This document shows, in pieces, positions 1 to 9,840 of a stretch of 64,000 nt of DNA. The stretch comes from an uncultured Actinomycetes bacterium. GTDB lineage: Bacteria > Actinomycetota > UBA4738 > HRBIN12. Numbering within the stretch: the stretch's first letter is position 1; every line of letters starts with the position of its first letter. The notes beneath the pieces were generated by a model that worked only from the letters and a program-made list of their open reading frames with translations, did not search any database and had not been told where the DNA came from. The stretch spans positions 756,437-820,436 of the forward strand of contig CAWCMT010000001.1 in assembly GCA_963796725.1 (NCBI GenBank), read 5' to 3'. The position numbers and the translations under genes are program-made.

Positions 1-905
1 AGCTTCATGTCGATCATCGGCCCACTCACGAGGAAGGCCAGCTGGGCGGCGGGACCGAAGGCGACGAACGATGCGGCGACGAACGCATCCGACTCGCTGC
101 AGAGCGACATGAGGAACGCCAGGGCCATCATCGCGACGAGGCTGAGGATCGGCAGGTTCGCCACGCGATCGACGATGGACTGCGGGATGAACGTCTGGAC
201 GGCCGCCGCGATCGCCGCCCCGATCACGAGGAACCGTCCCATGAAGATCACGTCGCCGGTGAGGTGGTCGGCGAACCGGCTCCACCGCGGCTCACCGACC
301 TCGATGTCGTGGCCCGTCGCATCGCCCGGCCGCGGTCGGAGGAGCTCGCCCGCGCTGGTCGCCCCGATCACCCAGCCCACCACCATCGCCACCACGAAGC
401 CGAGCACCAATCGTCCACCCACCATGATCCCGAGCGTGCTACGGCCTCGGTACGCGACGAACGTCGACGCGATCACGACCGGATTCACGATCGGCGCGGC
501 GAGCATGAAGGTGATCGCGGCGCTCGGCGCGAGCCCTTTGGACGCGAGCCTGCGTGCCACCGGGACGGAGCCGCACTCGCAGACCGGGAACGCCATGCCG
601 GCGGCGGCCGCGGCCGGGAGTTGCAGCGGCCGTGGGAGCAGCCCCAGCTTGGCGAACGCGCTCGAGGGCACCAGCACCTCGATCGCGGCTGAGACGGCTG
701 CGCCGAGGAGGATGAACGGCATCGCCTCGACGAGCAGCGACCCGAACACGATCAACAGGTTCTGGAGCCAGGCGATCCGGCCGGGGTCGAGCACGCGGAT
801 GCCGACGGCCACCAGCGCCAGCGATCCAAGCACGATCCCGGCGGTCCGCGCGGAGGCCGAGGGTCGTGGGACCTCGAAGCGTGGCCGGGCGACGTCGAGC
901 GCCAT
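1..905 (-). CDS. COG0701 / ArsP_1 (DUF318)-type permease, N-terminal ~300 aa; the gene runs off the left edge of the window
   Basis: Absent from the ORF track because it is truncated. Manual minus-strand translation from the ATG at 905-903 gives MALDVARPRFEV...LLIVFGSLLVEAMPFILLGAAVSAAIEV...MAFPVCECGSVPVARRL...FLMSLCSESDAFVAASF. It has several hydrophobic helices and the xPxCxCGxxP motif typical of this permease family. The start overlaps the TGA of the upstream gene by 1 nt (TGATG). Confidence 0.7.
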   Translation of the reverse strand, partial: MALDVARPRFEVPRPSASARTAGIVLGSLALVAVGIRVLDPGRIAWLQNLLIVFGSLLVEAMPFILLGAAVSAAIEVLVPSSAFAKLGLLPRPLQLPAAAAAGMAFPVCECGSVPVARRLASKGLAPSAAITFMLAAPIVNPVVIASTFVAYRGRSTLGIMVGGRLVLGFVVAMVVGWVIGATSAGELLRPRPGDATGHDIEVGEPRWSRFADHLTGDVIFMGRFLVIGAAIAAAVQTFIPQSIVDRVANLPILSLVAMMALAFLMSLCSESDAFVAASFVAFGPAAQLAFLVSGPMIDMK

Positions 906-2245
906 CAGCAGTACCTCGCGAACGCGACCGAGAAGCCAGGGTAGGAATCCGCGAACAGTGGCGTGCCGTCGGGGCCGGAGAGCCCGCGCACCGCCTGCAC
1001 CACGGCGTCGGCTGAGAGACCGTCCGCCTCGAGGGCCGCAGGGTCCAGGAAGAGGCCACCCGACGTCTGAGCCGCCACCGGATCCTGGGTGGCCGCCACC
1101 TCGCGAGCCGCACGCTTCGCCACGGTCGCCCCGCTGGCGGCATGGGAGGCCGTGGCGCCCGCCGCCGCGAGGCTGCCGGTCGCCGTGACGGCGATCGTCG
1201 CCTCCGGGTCGTGCGCTCGTACGGCGTCGATGATGGCGGCGGTGCGCCGATCGAGTTCCTTCACCGAGCCCTCCAGTACCACGCCCAGCAGGTCGGTCGT
1301 CCCGTGCGTTCCGTAGCCATGGTCGAGCATGGCGGCCACCGTCGTCACGGGGTCGGCCGGTCCCAGCACGACCTGATCACGGTCCGCACCCAGATACCAG
1401 CCGTCGCCGATCAGCCCCAGGTCGGTGCGCGCGGGTGCGACCAACCCCACCGAGGCCTTCTCGTTCTGAAGGTGGTCGACGTCGTCGGCGAGGGTCGTGA
1501 TCACCGACGTCGGAGCGCGCCGGCTCCACGCAGCCACCACGCCGCCGGACTCCGCGCGGATCAACGTTCCCGTGATGCCGTGTTGGTAGGGGAGGCCCCC
1601 GGTCCCGATCGTGGTCTCCACCGCTGCCGGATCGATCGGCTGGGAGCCAACCGTACCCGCGAGCGTGACGGCTCCGGCCTGCAGACGGGCCGCGGTGGCT
1701 TTCGGTAGGTGACCGTGGAGGTCGGGAGTCCCGATCCCCTTCCAGACGATCTCGACGCCGAGGCGGCTCGAGGCCCCTGTGGTCGCGGACACGAGTCCGG
1801 GAACCGCCGTGCCGGCCGCGACCTCCGGGTGCGGCCGCGCCACGCCCAGCGCTTCAGCCAACGTGGGGGCCACCTGATCGAGGCCCGTCCCAGCGGGCAA
1901 CGTTCCAGCACGGATCCCCGGGCCGACGAAGGCGATGGGCACGCGCAGGCTCACCTCGGTGGCAGGCCAGGGGACTTCCTGTCCGGCGGCGCGTGTGAGG
2001 ACGGGGGTCCCGCCCGCGGCCGCCAGCACGTCGGGCGAGCGGCCCTGGCGGAACCCGGCCGCGATCTCCCTACGTAGCGCCGCCGGCAGGGGGCAGAACG
2101 GGACCTCGGCCGCCGCCGCGTCCTGGGAACAGGCGTTCCCTGCGCAGGCCAGCCGCAGGGCGATCGCGGGCACGGCGAGGATCCCGAGTACCACGAGCAC
2201 GACCACGATGCGGCGGCCGGTGGAGGAGGTGTTCACGGCGGCCAC
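905..2245 (-). CDS. Membrane-anchored protein with an alkaline-phosphatase/type-I phosphodiesterase-like loop
   Basis: 446-aa ORF. N-terminal TM helix (RRIVVVLVVLGILAVPAIAL) followed by a soluble domain. TIGTGGLPYQHGITG resembles the xTGxxPxxHGI loop of the AlkP superfamily and parallels AIIGTGAFPDHHGLVGH in the divergent neighbour. Composition is protein-like, not Arg/Pro junk. Confidence 0.6.
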   Translation of the reverse strand: MAAVNTSSTGRRIVVVLVVLGILAVPAIALRLACAGNACSQDAAAAEVPFCPLPAALRREIAAGFRQGRSPDVLAAAGGTPVLTRAAGQEVPWPATEVSLRVPIAFVGPGIRAGTLPAGTGLDQVAPTLAEALGVARPHPEVAAGTAVPGLVSATTGASSRLGVEIVWKGIGTPDLHGHLPKATAARLQAGAVTLAGTVGSQPIDPAAVETTIGTGGLPYQHGITGTLIRAESGGVVAAWSRRAPTSVITTLADDVDHLQNEKASVGLVAPARTDLGLIGDGWYLGADRDQVVLGPADPVTTVAAMLDHGYGTHGTTDLLGVVLEGSVKELDRRTAAIIDAVRAHDPEATIAVTATGSLAAAGATASHAASGATVAKRAAREVAATQDPVAAQTSGGLFLDPAALEADGLSADAVVQAVRGLSGPDGTPLFADSYPGFSVAFARYC

Positions 2246-2296
2246 GCTACCGCTTGGGTTGTCGTTCCGCCCGACATCTTGTTTCGTAGGGCGACC

Positions 2297-3967
2297 ATGT
2301 CAACCTCCCCGCGTCGTCGTGCGCTCATCCCGTTCCTCGTGCTGGTGCTGGTCGCAGGCGCTCTCCTCGCCCGTCCCGCGGAGCCCGCGCGGGCGCAGGC
2401 GTCGAACCAGGACCTCATCAAGGCGGCCTGCGCCCTGCCCCACCAGTGGTTGCTGCGGACCTGGCGAGGCTGGCGGCCCGATCGGGGGGCCCAGATCAGC
2501 TGGGTGCCCAAGGAGCCGAACTTCGTCGGCTCCGGGCTGCCGCACGTCGGGCCCTGGGGTTACGTCCAGGATGTCCCCATGCTCTGGTACGGGCCCGGTT
2601 ACATCAAGGCCCAGCCTCCGATCCAGCGGCCGGTCACGCTCGCGGGTATCGCACCGACCCAAGGTCTCATCACCGGGTATCCGTTCAAGGCCGTCGACGA
2701 AGGGGCCATGTCGGAGGCGGTGATCCCGGCGGCGGACCGCTCGAACCCGAAGCCACCGAAGCTCCTGGTGACCCTGGTCTGGGACGCCGGCGGCATGGAC
2801 ACCCTGCAGGCACACCCCTCGGCCTGGCCCTACCTGAGGTCGCTGATGGACAAGGGCACGTTCTATGCCCACGCCACGGTCGGGTCCTCGCCCACCTCCA
2901 CGGCTCAGGATCATGCGATCATCGGCACGGGCGCGTTCCCGGATCATCACGGCCTCGTCGGACACCACATGGAGATCGGCAACAAGCTCACGACGCCCTG
3001 GAACGACGGTCCCGCGTACCTGATCCTTCCGACGTTCGCCGACCTGTTCGATCAGGCGTACGGGAACAAGCCGGTGGTCGGCGTGGTGGGGACGGTGGAC
3101 ATCCACTTCGGCATGTTGGGGCACGGCGCCTTCATGGGCGGAGGCGACCGCGACATCGCGCTCACCAGGTCGGTGATCGGCGGCAGCACCCTCACCGACG
3201 AGGGGTTCGAGTGGAACCTCCCGATCCGCGAGGCTCCCTACTACAAGCTCCCCACCTACGCGAACGACGTGCCCGGGCTGAAGACCGACATCCGCAAGCT
3301 CGACCAGCAGGACGGGAAGCTGGACGGCAAGTGGAGGGACAACGACATCCAGCAGCTCCTCCAGGGCTTCGACACGCCCGCGCGCACGCCCTACCAGGAG
3401 CGCGTCGTGGAGACCGTGATCAAACGCGAGGGCTTCGGCAAGGACGACATGACCGATCTCCTGTTCCTCAACTTCAAGGAGATCGACTACGTGAGCCACG
3501 TCTGGTCCATGAACTCGCCGGAGATGCAGGACGCGGTCGTGGCCCAGGACGACGCGCTGAAGCGGTTCGTCTACTTCCTGAACCAGCAGGTCGGTGAGGG
3601 GAACTGGGCCATGGTGCTCACCGCCGACCACGGCGCCATGCCCGATCCGGCCGTCTCCGGAGGGTTCCAGATCTCCACGGCTCCGATCCAGAACGGCATC
3701 AACGAGACCTTCGATACCAACGGGGACAACGTCCCGATCGTCGAGCTCGCCCAGCCGAGTCAGGTGTTCATCAACACCGACGAGCTCGCCAAGAACGGCT
3801 ACACGCTGGACGACGTCTCCCGATACGTGGCGGGATTGACGCAGGCGCAGACCGCGGCCGGCGGCGTGACCCCGATCCCGGGCCACGAGAACGACAAGGT
3901 CTTCCAGGCGGTATTCCCGTCGGCCCTGATGCAGGATCTGCCCTGCCTGCCGGAGGCGCGCAAGTAG
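2297..3967 (+). CDS. Secreted alkaline phosphatase-superfamily protein (nucleotide pyrophosphatase/phosphodiesterase-like)
   Basis: ORF 2279-3967. The likely start is MSTSPRRRALIPFLVLVLVAGALLARPAEPARA, a signal peptide. Motifs: SSPTSTAQDHAIIGTGAFPDHHGLVGHHM, FKEIDYVSHVW, LTADHGAMPD. Confidence 0.75.
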   Translation: MSTSPRRRALIPFLVLVLVAGALLARPAEPARAQASNQDLIKAACALPHQWLLRTWRGWRPDRGAQISWVPKEPNFVGSGLPHVGPWGYVQDVPMLWYGPGYIKAQPPIQRPVTLAGIAPTQGLITGYPFKAVDEGAMSEAVIPAADRSNPKPPKLLVTLVWDAGGMDTLQAHPSAWPYLRSLMDKGTFYAHATVGSSPTSTAQDHAIIGTGAFPDHHGLVGHHMEIGNKLTTPWNDGPAYLILPTFADLFDQAYGNKPVVGVVGTVDIHFGMLGHGAFMGGGDRDIALTRSVIGGSTLTDEGFEWNLPIREAPYYKLPTYANDVPGLKTDIRKLDQQDGKLDGKWRDNDIQQLLQGFDTPARTPYQERVVETVIKREGFGKDDMTDLLFLNFKEIDYVSHVWSMNSPEMQDAVVAQDDALKRFVYFLNQQVGEGNWAMVLTADHGAMPDPAVSGGFQISTAPIQNGINETFDTNGDNVPIVELAQPSQVFINTDELAKNGYTLDDVSRYVAGLTQAQTAAGGVTPIPGHENDKVFQAVFPSALMQDLPCLPEARK

Positions 3968-4091
3968 GACATCCCGGGCCGGGCGACGCCTCCCGAGATG
4001 CCCGGCGGTCGTCGCGTATCCTGGGGCCCGTCTCCGCCAGGTCCGCCCGGCGGATCGACCACGAACGCACGGAAGGGACACACGGATCGGC

Positions 4092-5614
4092 ATGGCAGCA
4101 ACCCAGCAGGTGAGCCCCGAGGCGAGCTCCGACGAGCGGTCCGAGGTTGGGGGCCGCTGGCTCGCCTCATGGTGGGCGATCGGAGGTGCCGCCCTCCTCC
4201 TCCTCTTGATCCTCGGCTGGGGACTGATCCTGCACCCCACCTGGACGGCACCTACGCGGGACCCCGCCTGGTACACGTGGCGCTCCAACGTCATCCTGCA
4301 GGCCGACCCCGGCTCCATCGCGCGGGAGTGGGGCCCGGGTTCGGTCTTCTCCGGCGGCTATCGAGTCACGGTGCCGCTGGCGGGCGCGCTGCTGCAGCGT
4401 GTCGCCGGGATCAGCCGATACAGCTTCAGCGCCTTCCTGATGGTCGGCATCCCGGTCTTGGCGGGCATGGCGCTGGGCGTGGGCGCCTTCCGCGAGCGCA
4501 AGGACGCCCTGGCGATGATCCTGACGATGCTGGCCTCCGCCGCGCTCTTCCTCACGACGCCATACGTCGGGTATCTCGACAACATCACGGTCCTGTTCCT
4601 CCTGTCACTGATCGTGGGGTTCTCCACCGCGGCCCGAACCTCGTGGGGTGCCAGGGTGGCCGTCTTCTTCATCGCGACGGCCGTCGCGTTCACGCACCCC
4701 ACGACCGCCGTGCTGTTCGGACTCACCCTCATGGGGATGTTCGGGTTCCATTTCCTGACCAGCCGGTTCTCGCTCGGCGCCGCCCTCAAGGCCGACGGGC
4801 CACTCCTCATGTCTACCGGGTTCGGCATGATCTTCGGACTGTCCTTCTGGGTCGTGGGGATCTGGGGTCCAACCGCGAAGTTCGCCGACGCCGCTCTGCC
4901 GCCCCCGTACACGAAGCAGTTCTTCATCGAGCGGCTCACGGGCTGGTTCGCCTCGCTCCAGCCACTGATCACGGTGCCGCTGATCCTGATCGCGATCGGA
5001 TCCTCCGATCCTGTGGTCGCGTCGCGACGAAGCGGCCGGTGGGCGAGTACACGATGCTCTCGACGTGGTGGCTCTTCCCCTTCCTGGGCATCCTCACCGT
5101 CCTGACGGGCTCGCAGTACCAGCACGCCGGCGACCCCGGTTCCTCGGTGGTGCCCTACTACCGATTCATGAATGCGACGGCGGCCCCGATCGCGCTCGTG
5201 GGCCTCGGTGCCTTCGTGGCCGTGCGGTTCTTCCTGCGGTGGGGGCGCCGGCGAGCCGGCAGCGGCGCTGCATCGGACGGCGCGGGTCTCCGACGGGTGG
5301 TGGCGGCCATCGCCGCCCTGGCGGTGATCCTCTCGCTCGGGTGGGTCTTGGTGGACGGGTTGAACCATCGATGGGTCAGCGAGAAGAGCCAGTGGGTCGA
5401 TGAAGCCGCTCGCACCTCGCTCGCCGCGGTGCATGTGGTCTCCGAGGCTGCGGGTGAGCGCCCCAACATCCTCGTCATGAACTACAACGACCAGGACGAC
5501 AACACCCAGAGCAACACGGCCTACGGATGGGCGAAGACCTTCACGAACGTGTTCCGCACGGGGCTGCCGGGCACGTCCGCAGCAGTACGCCGCGACCTAT
5601 ATGGGCACGGTTGA
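4092..5614 (+). pseudogene. Polytopic membrane protein with periplasmic-type C-terminal domain; reading frame switches twice (or the sequence has indel errors)
   Basis: ORF 4092-5105 encodes 8 or more hydrophobic helices. At about 5005-5040 third-position GC collapses in that frame and continues in the frame of ORF 3998-5614 (...RVATKRPVGEYTMLSTWWLFPFLGILTVL...NILVMNYNDQDDNTQSNTAYGWAKTF...). A second switch occurs at about 5578-5582, into the frame of ORF 5601-7580. Confidence 0.55.
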
Positions 5615-7580
5615 GAACTTCAAGGCCGGCCGGCCCACCACGAGCGCGAGCACCGGCTACACCACCTGGGCGCGCAAGTACTTCAACGACACGCAGGCAC
5701 GTAGCAGGGAGTTCCCGCAGCCGCCGGTCGCGTTCCTGGTGGGGCAGTTCTACAAGGGCAGCGGGGACCTCCAGACCGCCACCGCCGGCGCGGTCGAGGT
5801 GGGTCCCGACGTCTGGGTGCTCCAGGGCGACGGCCTGTGGACGCCCCCAGCCGAGGTGGTCCAGCAGGCGCAGGCGGCCGCCGCGGCGCAGAAGGAGCTG
5901 TTCGATTCCCATCCCGGGCCGCTCGGTGCCCCGCTGCACACGCTCCGCGTGCTGTTCGGCCTGCTCCTCCTGGCCGTGCTCCCGGGGCTGCTCGCCGCGC
6001 CGTTCTTCGAGCTGGACGACGTCCCGAGCCGGATGGCGTTGATCCCGGGTATGTCGATCGTGATGTCGCTGCTGGCCGGCATCGCGGTGCTGGCCGTGTG
6101 GCGGGGGCCGCTCACCTCGGCCAAGGGATGGACGGTGGTCGTCGTGGCCGTCGGCCTCGGCGCCGTCCTGCGCGTGGCGCGGCAGCCGGTGACCGGCGTC
6201 CTGCTCTCGTTCGGGAATTTCTTCAACAAGCTGTTCTCGGTCTTCTCCAACCGCGACTACGCGGTGCTCATGGGCGTGCAGTTCATGGCGCAGGCGGGAC
6301 AAGGGGTGATCCAGGGCGCCATCGGGAAGTCCATCGCGTTCGGTGGCGAGAAGGGCTTCGACGTCTCCACCGTCCCGTCGGCCGACTACCTGCTGAAGGT
6401 CGTGCTCGCGCTCTACGTCCCGTACACGCTGATCTCGCCGTTCATCGGCGTCTTCATCGACCGTTTCGCCCGACGCAAGGTCGTCGCGTGGACCAACGTG
6501 ATCGTGGCCGCCGTCGTGACCGGGGTGGCGGTGCTCGTGATGCTGCCGCTCGGCAAGGCCACGTCGGAGGGCAACGTGGGTGCGACGTTCGGTCTGATCC
6601 TTGCGCTGCTGGCGGCGCAGGGCTGTGTGCGGGTGGTGCTGGCCGTGAAGTCGGCGGCGATCCCGGACGTGCTCGTAGGGAAGGATCTCCTCCAGGGCAA
6701 CGGATTGTCCCAGGCGGGCGGCGCGCTGTTCCAGGTGTTCGGGATCGCCTTCGCCCTGGGCGCCGGCGCGGTGCTTCCCGCGTGGCTGGTGGTCGTGGGC
6801 GGCGCGGGAGTTCTGGTTGTGGCGACCTTCATCGCGCGCCAGATGCGACACGCTGAGGCCCATCGCCACGAGACCACCTTCGCCCAGGAGGCCTCGCGAG
6901 TGATCCACAACGTCGTCGCGGGGATCAAGGAGGTGGCCGAGCGCAAGCCGGCCGCACTCGGTCTGACCTCGTTCCAGATGCTCCGCTACCAGTTCTGGGG
7001 GTTCGGCCTGTTCACCTTCGCGCTCTATGCGAAGAACCTCGTTCAGGGCGGTGACGCAAGCAACCTCGCGCTCGCTGTCTCGGGCGGCGGGGGCATGGTG
7101 GGTGGTGCCATCGGCCTCGTCCTCGCGCAGAAGCTCAAGGACAGGGTGGCGCCGATCCGTCTGCTGCTGGTGTCGATGTTCCTGCTGGGCGGCGGCACGC
7201 TCGTCTTCGGAGCCTTCGTGTCGCTCCCCGGGTTCACCGCCATGCTCTTCGTGGGGTTCTTCTCGTTCTTCGTAGGCAAGATCTCGGCGGACACGATCAT
7301 GCAGCAGTCGATGCCCGACGACTTCCGCGGCCGCGCGTTCGCGTTGTTCGACATCGCCTACAACCTCGGGTTCATCATCCCGGCGTTCATCCTTTCGTTC
7401 ATCTGGATCGAGAACGATCCCACGCGCACCCGGTGGATCCTCATCGTCTCGGGCGCGGTCTTCCTGGGACTCACGGCGCTCGTGGCAGCATGGGCTCGGA
7501 GGATCCGCGACCAGTTCGCACCGCAGGACGACCTGATAGAGATCGAGGGCGAGATCCCGGTGCCCGCCGGCGAAGCCTAG
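5601..7580 (+). CDS. MFS transporter with a ~200-aa N-terminal extension that continues the upstream gene
   Basis: 659-aa ORF. The C-terminal ~450 aa has a 12-TM pattern and the MFS loop motif GVFIDRFARRKVV. A possible internal start for the MFS alone is the GTG at 6189. The N-terminal part (GTVENFKAGRPTTSASTGYTTWARKYF...) looks like a soluble domain continuous with 4092-5614, and there is no stop between it and the MFS part. Confidence 0.7.
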   Translation: MGTVENFKAGRPTTSASTGYTTWARKYFNDTQARSREFPQPPVAFLVGQFYKGSGDLQTATAGAVEVGPDVWVLQGDGLWTPPAEVVQQAQAAAAAQKELFDSHPGPLGAPLHTLRVLFGLLLLAVLPGLLAAPFFELDDVPSRMALIPGMSIVMSLLAGIAVLAVWRGPLTSAKGWTVVVVAVGLGAVLRVARQPVTGVLLSFGNFFNKLFSVFSNRDYAVLMGVQFMAQAGQGVIQGAIGKSIAFGGEKGFDVSTVPSADYLLKVVLALYVPYTLISPFIGVFIDRFARRKVVAWTNVIVAAVVTGVAVLVMLPLGKATSEGNVGATFGLILALLAAQGCVRVVLAVKSAAIPDVLVGKDLLQGNGLSQAGGALFQVFGIAFALGAGAVLPAWLVVVGGAGVLVVATFIARQMRHAEAHRHETTFAQEASRVIHNVVAGIKEVAERKPAALGLTSFQMLRYQFWGFGLFTFALYAKNLVQGGDASNLALAVSGGGGMVGGAIGLVLAQKLKDRVAPIRLLLVSMFLLGGGTLVFGAFVSLPGFTAMLFVGFFSFFVGKISADTIMQQSMPDDFRGRAFALFDIAYNLGFIIPAFILSFIWIENDPTRTRWILIVSGAVFLGLTALVAAWARRIRDQFAPQDDLIEIEGEIPVPAGEA

Positions 7581-7624
7581 GACGCTCCCGGTCGCGCTCG
7601 ACCGCGTCGTAGGCTGCCGCATCG

Positions 7625-8563
7625 ATGGCACGTGAACCCGCGCAGGTCGCCCCGAACGGTGATCGCCGCGCCGCTGACCGGCGCGGGGAACTGACCGGCG
7701 CCGGCCTCTCCGCGCTCATGGCGGTGCTCTTCGCCTTCGTCGTGATCCTGGGCAAACAGGTGCAGGCAGGGGATCTTCCGTTCGTCATGCTGGCTATCCG
7801 GTTCGTGGGGCAGTCGGTGATCCTGTTCGCGTTCGTACTCCTGCTGGGCCGTCCGCGCGTTCCGGAACGAGGCGAACGGCTCGCCCTGGCGCTCGCGGGC
7901 ACGATCGGCTACGGCTCGGAGGCCGCCTTCTACTTCGCGGCGCTGAACCATGGGAGCGCAGCGGCCGTAACCCTGCTGTTCTACACCTATCCCGTGTGGG
8001 TGATGCTGGCCACGATCGCGCTGGATCGCAAGGGGCCGCCGGCGATGCTCTTCGTGGCCCTGGCGCTCGCGGTGGCGGGCAGCGCGTGCGTCGTGCTGGG
8101 GGGCGGCAGCACGGACATCACCTCGCTCGGCATCCTGCTCGCTCTCTGCACCTCCGTCGCGTACACGGCGTACCTGATCGGCACCGACCGCAACGTGAAG
8201 CGCACCGATCCGCTGACCGCGGCCGCATGGCTGGGCGTCGGTGCCGCCGTCGCGAACATCGTGTACGCACTGGCGTTCCACGCCGTGACCTTCCCGGCCG
8301 CGTCGTCATGGTGGCGGCTGGCCGGGATGATGGTGGCATCGTCAGCGGCCTTCGCCGCGATGCTGGGCGGACTCCAGCGCGTCGGGGCGGTCCGCAACGC
8401 GATCATCGGCGTCATGGAACCGATGACGGTCGCCGTGCTCGCGTACTACCTGCTGGACGAGCCCATAACCGCGGCGATCGCGATCGGCGGCACGCTCATC
8501 CTGGTCGGCGCGGTGATCGCCTCGGTGATCCGCACCACGACGACCGCCGAGCCGATCGTCTGA
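7625..8563 (+). CDS. EamA/DMT-family transporter
   Basis: 312 aa, about 10 TM helices, two EamA-like halves (LFAFVVILGKQV..., LFYTYPVWVMLATIAL..., IIGVMEPMTVAVLAYYLLDEPI). Confidence 0.8.
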   Translation: MAREPAQVAPNGDRRAADRRGELTGAGLSALMAVLFAFVVILGKQVQAGDLPFVMLAIRFVGQSVILFAFVLLLGRPRVPERGERLALALAGTIGYGSEAAFYFAALNHGSAAAVTLLFYTYPVWVMLATIALDRKGPPAMLFVALALAVAGSACVVLGGGSTDITSLGILLALCTSVAYTAYLIGTDRNVKRTDPLTAAAWLGVGAAVANIVYALAFHAVTFPAASSWWRLAGMMVASSAAFAAMLGGLQRVGAVRNAIIGVMEPMTVAVLAYYLLDEPITAAIAIGGTLILVGAVIASVIRTTTTAEPIV

Positions 8564-8577
8564 GGTAGTGTCACCGG

Positions 8578-9033
8578 GTGCGTCGTGCCCTCGTGTTCTT
8601 GAGTGCCTTGCTCCTTCTGGTCGCCGCACCGGCCGCACCGGTGCATGCTCGGGCATCACTGACCACGGCCGACCGCGCCGCGATCTACACCCGGGTGATC
8701 GGGCATCGACCCTCGGCCATCCAGATCCTCGGCCGAGCCTGTGCCAACCCGCGGGCCGCGCGAGGGTGCGAGCGGATCCCCGACATCCTCCGCTCCCAGA
8801 TCGAGGCGGGCACATCGACACCGATCTCGTGGGTCCACCGTATGTGGCCCCACGCGGGGATCTTCTGGGTGCTCGGACCCATCCGAGCGGCCGGCGGTCG
8901 GGCTCACCTGACCAGCGTCTGGACCGACCCTTCACGGAACGGCTGCAACGGCGGCTCCCACCTGATGTTCCGACGGCGGACCGACGGGTCGTGGAAGCGC
9001 AGCGGAGGAAGTGGGTGGGGCGGCTGTCCGTGA
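8578..9033 (+). CDS. Small secreted hypothetical protein
   Basis: GTG start. Signal peptide MRRALVFLSALLLLVAAPAAPVHA. 151 aa with four Cys. No family recognised. Confidence 0.5.
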   Translation: MRRALVFLSALLLLVAAPAAPVHARASLTTADRAAIYTRVIGHRPSAIQILGRACANPRAARGCERIPDILRSQIEAGTSTPISWVHRMWPHAGIFWVLGPIRAAGGRAHLTSVWTDPSRNGCNGGSHLMFRRRTDGSWKRSGGSGWGGCP

Positions 9034-9082
9034 CCGTGGGGCTATCGGACACAGCCTGTTCGCCTGCGGTAGCGTCGCGCGC

Positions 9083-9826
9083 ATGACCGAGGAACTCTGC
9101 AGCCACGACGCGTACCTCGCGACATGCGACGCAACCGTGGTCGACGTACGTGATGAGGGCGTCGTGCTCGACCGCACCGTCTTCTACGCGCGCGGGGGCG
9201 GGCAGCCGGGGGACATGGGCACGCTGACCTGGGAGGGCGGCGTATGCCGCATCACGGACACCACCAAGTCCCGTGAGGACGGCGAGATCCTCCACGCGGT
9301 GGATCCGGAAACGTCACCCCCGGCGGTGGGCACCCAGGTGACCGCCGCCATCGACTGGGACCGGCGCTATCTCCACATGCGCACCCACACCGCGCTGCAC
9401 GCGCTCTCCGGCGTGGTCTTCGCCGACTACGGCGCGAAGGTCACCGGCGGGAACATGGACTCAACCGGCTCGGCGCGGATGGACTTCGAGCTCGACGGCA
9501 TCACGCAAGAGTTCGGGCGTGAGGTCGAGGAGAAGCTCAACGCGCGCCTGGCCGAGGACGTGCCGGTCCAGGTGGGCTTCCTACCGCGGTCCGAGGCCTT
9601 CGCGGACCCGGACCTGATCCGCACCAAGGTCTCGTTGATCCCGGAGCACGTCGACCCGATCCGTGTGATCGACATCAGCGGGATCGACAAGCAGGCCGAC
9701 GGCGGGACGCACGTCCGGTCCACGGCCGAGGTCGGTCGCGTCCGCGTGGTCAAGACCGAGTCGAAGGGCAAGGCCAACAAGCGGATGCGGATCGAGCTCG
9801 AGGACCACGGCTCCGCCGGCTCCTAA
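9083..9826 (+). CDS. alaX: Alanyl-tRNA editing protein (AlaX-type, tRNA_SAD domain)
   Basis: Internal ATG of ORF 9011-9826. MTEELCSHDAYLATCDATVVDV...FYARGGGQPGD...MRTHTALHALSG (HxxxH zinc motif)...DKQADGGTHV; about 247 aa. Confidence 0.8.
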   Translation: MTEELCSHDAYLATCDATVVDVRDEGVVLDRTVFYARGGGQPGDMGTLTWEGGVCRITDTTKSREDGEILHAVDPETSPPAVGTQVTAAIDWDRRYLHMRTHTALHALSGVVFADYGAKVTGGNMDSTGSARMDFELDGITQEFGREVEEKLNARLAEDVPVQVGFLPRSEAFADPDLIRTKVSLIPEHVDPIRVIDISGIDKQADGGTHVRSTAEVGRVRVVKTESKGKANKRMRIELEDHGSAGS

Positions 9827-9840
9827 CCGTCACGGGCCGT

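Noticed and set aside
7-1188. 393-aa plus-strand ORF at the left edge
   Set aside because: The translation is Ala/Arg/Pro/Ser/Thr-rich and low in complexity. The opposite strand encodes a convincing multi-TM permease and the C-terminus of the neighbouring gene. It is an antisense high-GC artefact.
2300-4318. 672-aa minus-strand ORF. Similar long antisense ORFs: 5541-7631(-), 9830-11602(-), 15481-17100(-), 25 kb 24871-26322(-), 27950-29326(-), 38403-40574(-), 48358-49968(-), 57817-59547(-), 60745-62136(-) and 61797-63545(+)
   Set aside because: All are Arg/Gly/Pro/His/Asp-rich with no recognisable motifs. Each lies exactly antisense to a gene with clear family signatures. Long stop-free antisense frames are expected at about 70% GC.
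5054-5614. Treating 5054-5614 and 5601-7580 as independent genes overlapping their upstream neighbours, instead of frameshifted continuations
   Set aside because: This is not fully excluded. Coding-like third-position GC begins about 20-35 nt upstream of both ATGs. The out-of-frame tails of the upstream ORFs have poor GC3 and Arg/Ser-rich junk sequence, which favours indels within continuous coding sequence.
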